DNA of 64,000 nucleotides from Terriglobia bacterium (GCA_965218585.1 CBDCLE010000012.1:1-64000), one strand, 5' to 3'. Numbered from the stretch's first letter, positions 44,501 through 54,883 are shown. Notes: generated by a model from the letters alone, not told the origin. Numbers and translations are program-made.

Positions 44501-45715
44501 CTATAAGAGCGGTATGACCCGATCGATGATCCGGTGGGCCACTTCGACCTTCGACATCAGCGGCAGATCTTCCCGGCCGCCTTTGGAATCTACTATGGTC
44601 GCCCGACTAGTATCACCGTCAAAAGCCGAATCGGGTCCCGAAACAGCATTAACGATGATCAAATCAAGGTTCTTCGACCGCAACTTTTCCAAGCCGAAAT
44701 CGACGTGATTTTCCGTCTCTGCTGCAAAACCGACGAGAACGGTGCCGTTCTTGGCCTTCCCGATCTCACTGAGAATATCGGGGGTAGGTTCGAACTTAAC
44801 GTCCAAACCAGAACCTTTCTTGATCTTCTGGGAAGAGGTGGCGGTAGGTCGGAAATCCAGGGGTGCTGCAGCTTTGACCACGACGTCAGCATCCGGCAGA
44901 TGATTGAGAACGGCATCACGCATCTCTTCGGTAGTTCGGACCCGAATCGTTCCTGGAAATTCCACATCAGTCGGCCCTGAAATCAGAGTAACTTCACCGC
45001 CACGTTCGGTGACGGCCCGAGCCAGGGCGACACCCATCTTGCCCGAGGAACGGTTGCTGATGAAACGGACAGGATCGATGTCCTCGACTGTCGGCCCCGC
45101 GGTGACCAGGACACGCTTACCTTCCAGGTCCCTTCCGTGCTCCAGGGAAGCGACTACATGTTCGACAATCCGGCCGACATCGGCCAATCGACCCGGGCCG
45201 ACTGTATGGCAAGCCATTTCTCCGACGTCCGGAGCGATCACATGCACTCCCCGCCGTTCGAGTACACGCAAATTATCCTGCACAGCCGGATGCTCCCACA
45301 TCTGGGTATTCATGGCAGGAGCGATTACGACGGTGGATTCGAAAGCCAGATGAAAAGTTGTCAGAAAGTCGTTCGCAATCCCCGAAGCCATACGGGCAAT
45401 ACAATCTGCTGTGGCGGGGGCTATGAGAAAGAGATCTACGGACTGGGCCAGGAAGATGTGGTCGAAAGAGCCTTCGAAGGCGTCGCCCGGAGATGCTCCT
45501 TCGAACATGTCGCTATAGACTTTGTTCCCTGAGAGAGCCCCGAACGTAAGAGGTGTCACGAAGCGACGGGCGTTCGGCGTCATTATTACCGTAACGTCGA
45601 ACCCCCGATCCTGGAGCCGGCGAAGGATCTCAGCAGATTTATAACAAGCGATCCCGCCGCTGACTCCAAGCGCGACCTTTCGTTTCTGATCTGTCCTGGC
45701 CACTTTCTCCTTCAC
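44501..45715 (-). CDS. coaBC: Phosphopantothenoylcysteine decarboxylase/ligase
   Basis: SGGIACYK, PAMN, TAGPTVEDIDPVRFISNRSSGKMG. Confidence 0.98.
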   Translation of the reverse strand: MKEKVARTDQKRKVALGVSGGIACYKSAEILRRLQDRGFDVTVIMTPNARRFVTPLTFGALSGNKVYSDMFEGASPGDAFEGSFDHIFLAQSVDLFLIAPATADCIARMASGIANDFLTTFHLAFESTVVIAPAMNTQMWEHPAVQDNLRVLERRGVHVIAPDVGEMACHTVGPGRLADVGRIVEHVVASLEHGRDLEGKRVLVTAGPTVEDIDPVRFISNRSSGKMGVALARAVTERGGEVTLISGPTDVEFPGTIRVRTTEEMRDAVLNHLPDADVVVKAAAPLDFRPTATSSQKIKKGSGLDVKFEPTPDILSEIGKAKNGTVLVGFAAETENHVDFGLEKLRSKNLDLIIVNAVSGPDSAFDGDTSRATIVDSKGGREDLPLMSKVEVAHRIIDRVIPLL

Positions 45716-45733
45716 GGCCTCACCCTCTCAAGT

Positions 45734-45928
45734 CTATTTTTTAGCTTTCATGTCAGGAATGGTAAACTGAATCAGGTTTTGCAACACCTCTTGCTGCGCG
45801 ATCTGCGTCGCCTTACGGTCAGGGTCGTCAATCAACGGCCGACTGCCACTTTGTATCTGCCGCGCGCGTAGTGCGGAAAGAATCACAAACCTGTATTTAC
45901 TGTCGATCGTCTCTGGAATCTCTATCAA
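45734..45928 (-). CDS. rpoZ: RNA polymerase omega subunit
   Basis: IDSKYRFVILSALRARQI; position between gmk and coaBC. Confidence 0.95.
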   Translation of the reverse strand: MIEIPETIDSKYRFVILSALRARQIQSGSRPLIDDPDRKATQIAQQEVLQNLIQFTIPDMKAKK

Positions 45929-46542
45929 TCCAAACCTCCAAAAGAAGCAATGATTTCACGTATCCGGTCTTCCTGTTGTACCGGCTTCGCCGATCCCGAA
46001 CGCACGATCGCATCCAGAAGCCCGATGGACTCGTCCAACCGGTCGTTAATAACAACGTAATCGTAATCGTTGTACTGCAAAATTTCCTTCTTCGCGAACG
46101 CCAGACGTTTGCGAATCGTTTCATCGTCCTCGAGGCGACGCTCTTTCAAACGCCTCTGTAGTTCCGCGTACGAAGGGGGCATCAGGAAAATCGTCACCGC
46201 CCGGTCAACCTTGCTTTTTACCTGCCGTGCACCCTGGACATCGATGTCCAGAATCACGGCCTTTCCTGACGCTATGTTCTCTTCAACAAACTGGCGAGAC
46301 GTCCCATACAAGTTTCCGTTGTATTCCGCCCATTCGAGAAACTCTTTCTGCCCCACCATGCGATCGAACTCATCCCGATCGACAAAAAAGTACTCGACAC
46401 CGTCTTTCTCGTGCCCGCGAGGAGCCCGGGTCGTGTAGGAAACCGAAAAAAGCAGGTGATCGAACTTCGTGACCAGGTGCTGGAGCAGGGTAGTTTTCCC
46501 GGAGCCCGAAGGCGCAGACACGATGTAGAGATTTCCGCGCAT
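45925..46542 (-). CDS. gmk: Guanylate kinase
   Basis: APSGSGKT, SYTTRAPR, YGT, DIDVQGA. Confidence 0.98.
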   Translation of the reverse strand: MRGNLYIVSAPSGSGKTTLLQHLVTKFDHLLFSVSYTTRAPRGHEKDGVEYFFVDRDEFDRMVGQKEFLEWAEYNGNLYGTSRQFVEENIASGKAVILDIDVQGARQVKSKVDRAVTIFLMPPSYAELQRRLKERRLEDDETIRKRLAFAKKEILQYNDYDYVVINDRLDESIGLLDAIVRSGSAKPVQQEDRIREIIASFGGLD

Positions 46543-46573
46543 CGGCCAAACTCTTAATATAACCCAGTTGACG

Positions 46574-46663
46574 ATAAAAAGGGGTCAGAGCCCTATTTCC
46601 CTATTTTTAATTGGAATAAATGTAACGGTGAATTGGGGAAATAGGGCTCTGACCCCTTTTTAT
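46574..46663. repeat. REPIN-like inverted repeat, family A
   Basis: Perfect 28-bp arms ATAAAAAGGGGTCAGAGCCCTATTTCCC / GGGAAATAGGGCTCTGACCCCTTTTTAT. Confidence 0.92.
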
Positions 46664-47559
46664 TCAATGTTCTGAACCTGCTCTCGCAGCTTGTCGATTT
46701 CTACCTTGATTTCTATCGCGGCCTCACCAAGGGCCACGCCTGACTGATTCAGACCGGACGTTTTAGAAAGAATGGTCGTAACCTCACGATTCATCTCCTG
46801 CAGGAGAAAATCCAGCCTCTTTCCCGCCTCGCTCTCACGCGACGTAATTCCGCTGAAATGGTCCAGGTGGCTCTCCAGACGCGTAATCTCTTCGGCAATA
46901 TCACTCTTCTCGGCGTGGATAAGCGCTTCGACCTCAAGTCGGCTACTGTCTACGCTCAAGTTCGGCGCCAGTTCTGAAACACGGTCGATCAGAAGCTCCC
47001 TGTAGTGCTGAAGTAACCCTGTGGCCCCCCGACGGATTGTTTCCAGGTTTCCCCGAATGGTTTCGATTCTCCGTTCCAGGTCTTCAACCAGAACCTGACC
47101 TTCCTTCGTTCGCATCTCATAAACCTGCTGAATGGCTGCAATTGAAGCCTTTTCGAGATTTTCGGACAAGGATTCCCGCTCCTCGGAAGTGAGATCGTCA
47201 CCGGACACGCTAATCGCCCCGGGCAGTCTCGAAATGGTTTCCAGCGTCAGCTCACCAGTGATTGGAAAACGGCGTTGGAGGTTTCTGACGAGTTCTACGT
47301 AGGACTCGATGAGCTCGGGATTCGCTTCCATCTGAACCTGTTCTTTCCTCAATTCAATCTTCACGAAAACGTCTACGCGTCCCCGGCGCAACTTACCCGA
47401 TACGGCTTTCCTCACGACAGGTTCGAGACTCTGAAACTCCGCCGGGAGACGGATGTGAAGATCCAGATAGCGGTGATTCACGGTCTTGGCCTCCACAGAA
47501 ATCGTCAGGTTTGGAATCTCGACGCGGCCTGAGCCGAAACCAGTCATGCTCAATATCAT
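46660..47559 (-). CDS. yicC: YicC/YloC-family endoribonuclease
   Basis: SMTGFG, VNHRYLD, GKRLDFLLQEMNRE, LREQVQNIE. Confidence 0.97.
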   Translation of the reverse strand: MILSMTGFGSGRVEIPNLTISVEAKTVNHRYLDLHIRLPAEFQSLEPVVRKAVSGKLRRGRVDVFVKIELRKEQVQMEANPELIESYVELVRNLQRRFPITGELTLETISRLPGAISVSGDDLTSEERESLSENLEKASIAAIQQVYEMRTKEGQVLVEDLERRIETIRGNLETIRRGATGLLQHYRELLIDRVSELAPNLSVDSSRLEVEALIHAEKSDIAEEITRLESHLDHFSGITSRESEAGKRLDFLLQEMNREVTTILSKTSGLNQSGVALGEAAIEIKVEIDKLREQVQNIE

Positions 47560-49343
47560 GAAGGCACATCCTCGAACTGCAGTTGATGAAGCTTCCAGTA
47601 AAGCCCCCTGCGTACAATCAATTCTTCATGTGTCCCCTGTTCCCGGATCCGGCCATCGGAAAGCACAAGAATGCGGTCGGCGCCCCTCACGGTAGACAGC
47701 CGGTGGGCGATGACGATCGTTGTTCGACCTTCCATGAGATTCTGAAGCGCGCGTTGAACGAGCGATTCCGACTCCGCGTCGAGAGAGGAGGTTGCCTCGT
47801 CGAGGATCAGAATCGGCGCATCCTTGAGTAGCGCACGTGCAATTGAGACCCGCTGGCGTTCACCGCCGGAAAGCCGCAATCCTCGCTCTCCGATCACCGT
47901 TTCGTATCCTTCAGGCAAACCGGAAACGAAACCATCGACGAGAGCGGCACGGGCCGCTGCATATATGTCGTCTCCACCGGCCTTGGGATTGCCGTAGGCG
48001 ATGTTCGTCCGAATCGTGTCGTTGAAAAGGATGACGTCCTGCGTCACCATGGCGATCTTGTCACGCAGGGAACGCAACCTGAAGTCCCGAATGCCGATCC
48101 CGTCGATCTCGACACTGCCGCCGGTGACATCGTAAAAACGGGGCAGCAGGTTTACAAGCGTCGTCTTCCCCACACCACTGGATCCCACCAATGCCAAGAC
48201 CTCACCCGGTAGCAAGGTAAAAGAAATACCATCGAGAGTCGTCTGTTCTGGTGAGTACTCAAACCGAACGTCACGAAACTTGATCGCGTGGCGAAATTCA
48301 CCCAGTTGCCGGTCTCCGGGATCGGGCTCGACTTGGGAACCGAGAATTTCAAATAACTTTCCCGACGCCCCTATGGCCTGTTGAAAAGAGTTATTGATGC
48401 CGCTCATTCTACGGATGGGGTCGTAGAGCTTTATCAGAGAGATGATGAAAGCCAGGAACAAACCGACGCTCATCCGCCCAGCCTGAATCTCGTTCCGAGC
48501 ATAGAGGAGAAACCCGACAACAACGAAAATCCCCAGGACTTCCATCAACGGAGACGACAGGGCCCAAGTCAGCCGTTGGCGAATGTTTAACTGGAATACT
48601 CGTGTGGCAGCAGCTCGGAACTTCGCTAGTTCTGCGGACTCCATGGTAAAGATCTTGACGATCCGGTTCCCTGAAAAGGTCTCGAAAAGGATGTTGGCCA
48701 TTCCAGCCATTTCTTCCTGGTTGGAACGGCTCAAACGTCTCAGTCGTCTTCCAAACCACACCGTGGGGTAGAAAACCAACGGCACAAGCACCAGCGAGCT
48801 GATCGCCAGCTTCCAGTCGATCACGAGAATCGCCACGAGAAGAGCCAGGAGGATAGCGCTTTGTTTCAGAAACTCGGCCAGCGTCTCTGATACTGCCGTC
48901 TGGACCTTCTCTACGTCCGCGGAAACGCGGGAAATCAGTTCCCCTGTCGGATAGCGAGCAAAGAATCCCAGCGGCTGAGACACTATCGAACTGTAGACGT
49001 CTGTGCGAAGATCCCGGACGACAGATTGGCCCAGATAGGCTGTCGACGCAACGGATCCGTATTCGGCCACAGCCTTAATGATCGTCGCGACGACCAGGGC
49101 CCCTAGCAACCACAGACCGTATTCCGGTGGCACACTAAACGGGATATCAAAAAACGGAGTTTCCAGAGTCGGTGTTTCGGATTGCTCAAGGATGGTGTCG
49201 AACACCAGGCCGATCAGGAACGGCGACACCGCTTCCAGAACACCCACAACGGCAACCAGGATCAGGGTCACGCTGATCGTCCACGCATACGGTCTCACGT
49301 ACTTGCGAAATTCAGGCAGCGTTGACTGTGTGCCCTCTCTCAC
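47556..49343 (-). CDS. msbA: ABC exporter, MsbA-like (TMD+NBD)
   Basis: GSSGVGKT, LSGGERQR, ILDEATSSLD; six-TM N-terminal half. Confidence 0.85.
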   Translation of the reverse strand: MREGTQSTLPEFRKYVRPYAWTISVTLILVAVVGVLEAVSPFLIGLVFDTILEQSETPTLETPFFDIPFSVPPEYGLWLLGALVVATIIKAVAEYGSVASTAYLGQSVVRDLRTDVYSSIVSQPLGFFARYPTGELISRVSADVEKVQTAVSETLAEFLKQSAILLALLVAILVIDWKLAISSLVLVPLVFYPTVWFGRRLRRLSRSNQEEMAGMANILFETFSGNRIVKIFTMESAELAKFRAAATRVFQLNIRQRLTWALSSPLMEVLGIFVVVGFLLYARNEIQAGRMSVGLFLAFIISLIKLYDPIRRMSGINNSFQQAIGASGKLFEILGSQVEPDPGDRQLGEFRHAIKFRDVRFEYSPEQTTLDGISFTLLPGEVLALVGSSGVGKTTLVNLLPRFYDVTGGSVEIDGIGIRDFRLRSLRDKIAMVTQDVILFNDTIRTNIAYGNPKAGGDDIYAAARAALVDGFVSGLPEGYETVIGERGLRLSGGERQRVSIARALLKDAPILILDEATSSLDAESESLVQRALQNLMEGRTTIVIAHRLSTVRGADRILVLSDGRIREQGTHEELIVRRGLYWKLHQLQFEDVPS

Positions 49344-51067
49344 TTTAGCAGCCGATCTCCCAGAGCATCCCGGACGCGCTCTTTGATCTTCTCGTGGTCT
49401 CGCATTTTCAGAAGTCCGTCCGTAAGCTCACGTAGTTCCGTAAGAGAAACAGAACGGATCAGCTCCTTGATACGCGAGTACGCCCCGACATTGACTGAAA
49501 GTGCAGTAAAACCCAATCCGAGCAGAACCGCAGCCGGAAACGGATCGGCAGCGATCTCCCCGCAGACCACAATCGGTTTCCCGGTCGGCTCGACCAGATC
49601 GTGCACCTGTTTCAATTGCCTCAACACGGCAGGATGGAAAGGATTGTACAGGCCCAGACTGGATTGATCCGCACGATCGATCGCCAGCTGGTATTGAATC
49701 AAGTCGTTGGTTCCCAGGCAGAAGAAATCCACCTCCGACGCCATCAAGTCACACGTCTGGGCAGCCGCCGGAGTCTCGATCATCACACCCACGGGAACGG
49801 TTTCGTCAAACTCGATTCCTTTTGAAGTCAGTCTGCGGCGAACGTCAGTAATGATGCGGTTCGCCTCGGAAAGCTCGTCCAGGGTGGACACGAATGGAAG
49901 GACGATCCTTGCATGGCCGTTGGGTGAAGATCGGTATATAGCTCGAAGCTGCTTTCGGAACAGCGACCTGTTCTCCAGCAGAAACCGCAATCCCCGGGCA
50001 CTGGTTGCGTTTATCGTACCGTCAAGACCCTCCCCTCCGCCGATGTCGATCACGCGTATATTGATAGGGAGCTTGCTGGCATTGGACAGCACGTAGGAGT
50101 AATCCTCGACCATCTTGTCTTCGGTGAGCTGTGTGCCCTCGCGAAAGAAATCGAATTCGGTGCGATAGAGACCGATAGCCTCACATTCGTTGGCTACCAC
50201 TGACTGCACGTCGTCCTTGAAGTTGATATTGGCGCCTAAAAGGATCGAGATCCGGTCTTTCGTGACGCATGGTGCGTGCGTCACTCGAGCGAGACGTTTA
50301 CGCGACTTTTCTTCCTGCCTTACTCTCTCCCGGTAGATTTCGAGGGTCTCCTCCGAAGGCGCACGGACGACAACACCTTCATCGCCGTCGACGACGATCA
50401 GTTCTCCAGAGATCAGGCCGCCGAGCACGTCGGCAACGCCTGTCACTGCCGGAACATCCATCGAACGCGCCATTATCGAGGTATGTGACAGCGGCCCCCC
50501 GATTTCGGAAACAAGTCCGACCAGTCGTGGCGATTTCAGTTCGAGCAATGTTGACGGCAGTATTGTTCGGCCGACCAGGATGGTGTGATAGCGAAGGGAC
50601 CGAAACGTCGGTGGCTGATACGAACGCAGATTGAAAAGGAGACGACGGACGACGTCCTCAAGGTCACCACGTCGATCCCGAAGGTAGACGTCATGGACCC
50701 GGTCGTACGCCTCCAGAATCGTTCCACTGACCGATTGGATAGCCCACTCCGCGTTGATGTGGTCACTCTTGATTTTGTCCACGATTCGATCAACGAACAT
50801 TGCGTCTTCGAGAATGAGCAGATGGGCATCGATCAGCATGGTCGAGTCACCGCCACTTGACTGTTCCAGCTTGGTCTGCATTTTTCCCAACTGGGAACGG
50901 GACTTCTCTACAGAACGCCGAAAACTCTCGACATGGGAATCGACTTCGTCCGCTTCCAACGAGTAATTGAGGGTGACCAACTCGGGATCCCATGCGGTCA
51001 CGGCATGACCAAACGCGATCCCTGGAGAGGCCGCGATGCCTTTCAGTTTACGTTCCACTACAGTCAC
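49340..51067 (-). CDS. ptsI: PEP-protein phosphotransferase (enzyme I)
   Basis: GGPLSHTSIMAR phospho-His, GLYRTEF, GTNDLIQY, VCGE. Confidence 0.95.
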   Translation of the reverse strand: MTVVERKLKGIAASPGIAFGHAVTAWDPELVTLNYSLEADEVDSHVESFRRSVEKSRSQLGKMQTKLEQSSGGDSTMLIDAHLLILEDAMFVDRIVDKIKSDHINAEWAIQSVSGTILEAYDRVHDVYLRDRRGDLEDVVRRLLFNLRSYQPPTFRSLRYHTILVGRTILPSTLLELKSPRLVGLVSEIGGPLSHTSIMARSMDVPAVTGVADVLGGLISGELIVVDGDEGVVVRAPSEETLEIYRERVRQEEKSRKRLARVTHAPCVTKDRISILLGANINFKDDVQSVVANECEAIGLYRTEFDFFREGTQLTEDKMVEDYSYVLSNASKLPINIRVIDIGGGEGLDGTINATSARGLRFLLENRSLFRKQLRAIYRSSPNGHARIVLPFVSTLDELSEANRIITDVRRRLTSKGIEFDETVPVGVMIETPAAAQTCDLMASEVDFFCLGTNDLIQYQLAIDRADQSSLGLYNPFHPAVLRQLKQVHDLVEPTGKPIVVCGEIAADPFPAAVLLGLGFTALSVNVGAYSRIKELIRSVSLTELRELTDGLLKMRDHEKIKERVRDALGDRLLK

Positions 51068-51095
51068 GGCACCAGCTTGTCGGGGCCGGTGGCTC

Positions 51096-51359
51096 TCAAC
51101 CCCTCAGATAATCGCAAACGGCCTCCATGGCCGCTTCCTCATCCTCGCCTTCGGCCCGAATCCTTACTCGGGTTCCCTGACCTGCTGCCAGCAGCAGAAT
51201 CGACAGGATGCTTCTGGCGTCGGCGGGTCCACCATCATCCCGATCAGCACGAGAGATGCTGATCTGGGAACGAAACTGTCCTGAAAGCTGTACGAGCTTG
51301 GCCGAGGCGCGGGCGTGCAATCCCAACCGGTGACCGATAACAACTTCGCGCGTCGTCAT
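51096..51359 (-). CDS. ptsH: Phosphocarrier HPr
   Basis: GLHARAS, DARSILS. Confidence 0.95.
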   Translation of the reverse strand: MTTREVVIGHRLGLHARASAKLVQLSGQFRSQISISRADRDDGGPADARSILSILLLAAGQGTRVRIRAEGEDEEAAMEAVCDYLRG

Positions 51360-51766
51360 GACCGGGATCGAGGAGATAGCAACTCGCTGGCGATGTAGAT
51401 GTTGTTCTGACCGTTCTCGCGGACCAGTTTCGCGGCGTCAGCCAGATCAACCTCATCTCCGATCTGGATCAGCTTGATCAGCATTGGCAGGTTGACTCCC
51501 GTCACCACCTCGATCGCACCTTCGTCCAGGAACGTCGACGCGATGTTTGTCGGTGTCCCGCCGAACATGTCGGTCAGCACCAGCACGCCGGATCCGGTGT
51601 CCACCCGCTTGATCGCCTTTTCGACCATGGCCGACGCCATGTCCACGTCGTCGTGCCACCCGATCGAAACCGCGGCCACGTGCTGAATGTCTCCGAGAAT
51701 AGCTTCAGCCGCGTTCAACAGCTCAACCGCGAGCCTGCCATGAGTTACGATAAGACCGCCAACCAT
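51356..51766 (-). CDS. PTS EIIA, mannose-type
   Basis: VTHG, DMFGGTP, TGVNLPML. Confidence 0.95.
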   Translation of the reverse strand: MVGGLIVTHGRLAVELLNAAEAILGDIQHVAAVSIGWHDDVDMASAMVEKAIKRVDTGSGVLVLTDMFGGTPTNIASTFLDEGAIEVVTGVNLPMLIKLIQIGDEVDLADAAKLVRENGQNNIYIASELLSPRSRS

Positions 51767-51788
51767 GTATGAATTCTAGCATTTGCGG

Positions 51789-51822
51789 TCGGCTTTCAGC
51801 AGTCAGCTTTCAGCCCTCAGCT
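51789..51822. repeat. Family D heptamer-like repeat (GCTTTCAGC/CAGTCAGC)
   Basis: TCGGCTTTCAGCAGTCAGCTTTCAGCCCTCAGCT; similar tracts at ~28333-28358, ~44424-44492, ~59751-59785. Confidence 0.6.
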
Positions 51823-51823
51823 A

Positions 51824-52681
51824 TTACTTCTCTATGTCGCGGTGGATTACTTTAAGGCGGCGTTCAGGTTCGGCCAGAGAAGCAACAGCATTGACGAGCA
51901 TCACAGAACGGTGGCGGCCACCGGTACAGCCAATAGCGACGGTGAGGTAAGACTTCCCTTCCTTCTCGAATTGAGGCAGGAGAAAATTCAACATCGATTC
52001 AAGACGCTCCAGAAAATCCCGCGTAACCTGTTGCTCCTTCATATAGTCGATCACCGGCTGGTCAGCACCTGTCAAAGGCTTCAGATCGGGAACAAAGTAA
52101 GGGTTTGGCAGGAACCGCGCGTCAAAGACCATGTCGGCATCCACAGGAATTCCGTACTTATACCCGAAACTGACCAACGTAACGAGCAGAGGGGCCCGAC
52201 CCTGGACCTCAAAAAGCTGGTCCGCGTAAGCCCGCAGTTCGTGAATCGAAAAGTGGGACGTATCGACAACATGATCGGCCATCGTGCGAATGCCAACGAG
52301 CTGCTCGCGCTCCAGCCCGATAGCCTCACGAACGGGGCGAGTCGAATCGAAAGGGTGCGGCCTGCGGGTCTCGCTGTACCTGCGGACGAGGGCATCATCA
52401 GAGGCATCCAGAAAATAAAGTGAAACGTCGAGGTCGGGAGTTTCTTTCAGTTGGCCATAGATTTCAGGAAACGTCGTCAGCGCGTCCCCTTCGCGAACGT
52501 CGACGACGAGAGCACCCCGATGAACCCCTTCCCCTGATTCCAGGAGCAACTCCGAGAATTTCGTCAGCAGCCCGACCGGAAGGTTGTCGACACAGAAGTG
52601 ACCACGGTCCTCCAGAGCCCGAAGCAGAGTGCCCTTACCCGACCCGCTCGGCCCGGTAATGATGACGAGAGGTGACCGCAT
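51824..52681 (-). CDS. rapZ: RNase adapter RapZ/YvcJ
   Basis: GPSGSGKG, CVDNLP, ETRRPHP, SFGYKYG, GCTGGRHRS. Confidence 0.97.
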   Translation of the reverse strand: MRSPLVIITGPSGSGKGTLLRALEDRGHFCVDNLPVGLLTKFSELLLESGEGVHRGALVVDVREGDALTTFPEIYGQLKETPDLDVSLYFLDASDDALVRRYSETRRPHPFDSTRPVREAIGLEREQLVGIRTMADHVVDTSHFSIHELRAYADQLFEVQGRAPLLVTLVSFGYKYGIPVDADMVFDARFLPNPYFVPDLKPLTGADQPVIDYMKEQQVTRDFLERLESMLNFLLPQFEKEGKSYLTVAIGCTGGRHRSVMLVNAVASLAEPERRLKVIHRDIEK

Positions 52682-52683
52682 GT

Positions 52684-52770
52684 ACACAGATTACGTTACG
52701 CGGATTACGCGGACAAGAGAAACGCGGTTACGCCAATGACACGGATTGTGACTGGATTACACGGATAAAG
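52684..52770. repeat. Family C repeats
   Basis: ACACAGATTACG, CGGATTACGCGGA, ACACGGATT, GGATTACACGGAT. Confidence 0.7.
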
Positions 52771-52792
52771 GAAAGCTGCCGCGGTGGTAATC

Positions 52793-53335
52793 CTACTGGT
52801 CGGGATCGACCCAGCCGATGTTGCCGTCCTTGCGCTTGTAGACTACATTCAGCCGTTCGGTCTTGGAATTACGAAACAGGAAGAAACCGTTGTCTGAAGA
52901 AGTTATTTCGGTGGCCGCTTCGTCGATACTGAGCGGCTTGATCCCCGCTCCGTCAGACCGGATGATTTCAGGGAGGCGCTCGGCGATCTCCGGCTCGACT
53001 TCGGCTGCCGTCTCAGCCTCAACCACACGTGGGTTTGCCGCTTTCCGGCGTCACTTGAGGTTCTTCGTTTTTGATTTCTGGACTTGCTTCTCAAGCTTAT
53101 CCAGTACGGAGGCAATCGAAGTGTACAAGTCGCTGGTGTCGTCGGTGCTGTTGTGGAAATCGTGACGCGTCTTAAGATTGACTTCCGCTGTGTAACGCTG
53201 ATGCTTCTCGGCGCTCAAGACAAAATGAACTTCTATAATGTCGTGAAGCGACCGCAGTCGCTCCAGCCGATCCAATGCGAACTTTCGAATAGGTTCGGTA
53301 ATTTCCAAATGTCGTCCAGTAAACTCCACTCTCAC
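52793..53335 (-). CDS. hpf: Long-form ribosome hibernation factor with in-frame TGA at 53051-53053
   Basis: N-domain MRVEFTGRHLEIT...DLYTSI...LEKQV, then NLK*RRKAANPRVV continuing in frame to the CTD KPLSIDEA...FFLFRN...NVVYKRKDGNIG. Confidence 0.9.
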
Positions 53336-53353
53336 CGGGATCTCTCCATTTTT

Positions 53354-54883
53354 TCAGATTCTGAGTCTTCGCTGGTGGGTGCTGGGAATCTTAAGATCTT
53401 CCCTGTACTTGGTGATACTGCGGCGGGTTACGGAGATACCATCTTCCTTCAGCAGGCCCGCAAGTTTCTCGTCCGTAAGCGGCTTATGGGGATCCTCAGC
53501 TTCGATCAACCGCTTGACCTTTAACTTGACCAGTGTAAGAGATGTGCTTCTGTCGTTGGTGCCACTGACTGCTTCAGAAAAAAAGAATCGCAGTTCGTGA
53601 ACACCCTGTGGCGTATGACCAAACTTGTTGGCAACCGCACGGCTCACTGTGGACGGGTGCACGCCCACTTCTTCAGCAATATCCTTGATCATCATCGGCT
53701 TCAATGAATCGATTCCGTTGTCCAGGAATTCATGCTGGTGCTTAACAATAGACTCGCACACCTTGACGATGATGTTCTTCCTCTGCTCGATGTTCTTTAA
53801 GAGCTGGACTGCCGATTTAAAACGATCCTTCACATAGTTACGAACTTCCTTGTTGACCGCAGCTCCCTTGTTGAGCATTTTCCTGTAAGTCTGACTGAGT
53901 CGAAGTTGCGGAACTTCATCCTCGTTCGCAACCACTGTGTATTCGTCACCCACTTTCACGAAGAACACATCGGGCTCGATATGTCGGGCCTCGGGCTTGT
54001 TGTACCTTTGTCCCGGGCGGGGATCGAGCGTCTTGATCAGTTCCAGCGCCTCCAGAACCTCCGGCATAGGCCGTCGGGCCGCCTTGGCGATCTCCTTGTA
54101 TTGATGGTTCTGAAGCTTTCGCAGATGATCGATAACGATCTGCATCGCAACGGGATTATCGTCTTCAAGAAGAGAAAGTTGGATCAGCAGGCACTCGCGC
54201 AAATCCCGGGCCGCGACGCCCGGAGGATCGAAACCCTGAACGGCCAGCAACGCCTTCTCGACATCCTCGAGCGAGTGTTCACCAGATTCAGCGATTTCTT
54301 CCAGAAGAATGGGCATCTCCTGCCCTTTCTCACTCACCGCCGCGAGATAACCGTCTTCGTTGAGATTGCCGATTATCGAGCGACAAGCATCCCGGACACT
54401 CTCGTCGATCACAGCCAGTCCGAGCTGCCATTCCAGATGATCAACCAGGGTGGACGGACGCGCCAGGAAGCTCTCAAAAGAAGGGCGTTCGAAGACCTCG
54501 GTCTCCCTCGGCCGGGAAGCACCATCACTCAGATAATTTTCGAACTCCTGAAGATCGAAATCACGGAATTCATCTTCGGCGGCCGGTTCGGGCTCAGGTT
54601 TTTCAGCAGTGGGTTCTGCGTTTTCCTCGCGCTGCTTCAGCAGTTCGTATCGTTCGTCACCGGCGTCAACCGCTTCTGGCTTCTCCGGGTCTGCTTCTGC
54701 TTCCTGCTCTTCAAGTATCTCGGTGGCTTCCTCAAGGACTGGATTCTCAACGAGTTCTTCAGAGATCATGTCCACCAGTTCCAGCTTGTTGAGCGCCAGC
54801 AAGCTCACCATCTGGACCAGGCCCGGAGTAAGAGCTTGTCTCTGGGTCGGCTTAATGACCAGCCTGTGTTCGAGATACGCCAT
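53354..54883 (-). CDS. rpoN: RNA polymerase sigma-54
   Basis: ENPVLE, GVAARDLRECL, HPSTVSRA, RpoN box TRRSITKYRE. Confidence 0.98.
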   Translation of the reverse strand: MAYLEHRLVIKPTQRQALTPGLVQMVSLLALNKLELVDMISEELVENPVLEEATEILEEQEAEADPEKPEAVDAGDERYELLKQREENAEPTAEKPEPEPAAEDEFRDFDLQEFENYLSDGASRPRETEVFERPSFESFLARPSTLVDHLEWQLGLAVIDESVRDACRSIIGNLNEDGYLAAVSEKGQEMPILLEEIAESGEHSLEDVEKALLAVQGFDPPGVAARDLRECLLIQLSLLEDDNPVAMQIVIDHLRKLQNHQYKEIAKAARRPMPEVLEALELIKTLDPRPGQRYNKPEARHIEPDVFFVKVGDEYTVVANEDEVPQLRLSQTYRKMLNKGAAVNKEVRNYVKDRFKSAVQLLKNIEQRKNIIVKVCESIVKHQHEFLDNGIDSLKPMMIKDIAEEVGVHPSTVSRAVANKFGHTPQGVHELRFFFSEAVSGTNDRSTSLTLVKLKVKRLIEAEDPHKPLTDEKLAGLLKEDGISVTRRSITKYREDLKIPSTHQRRLRI

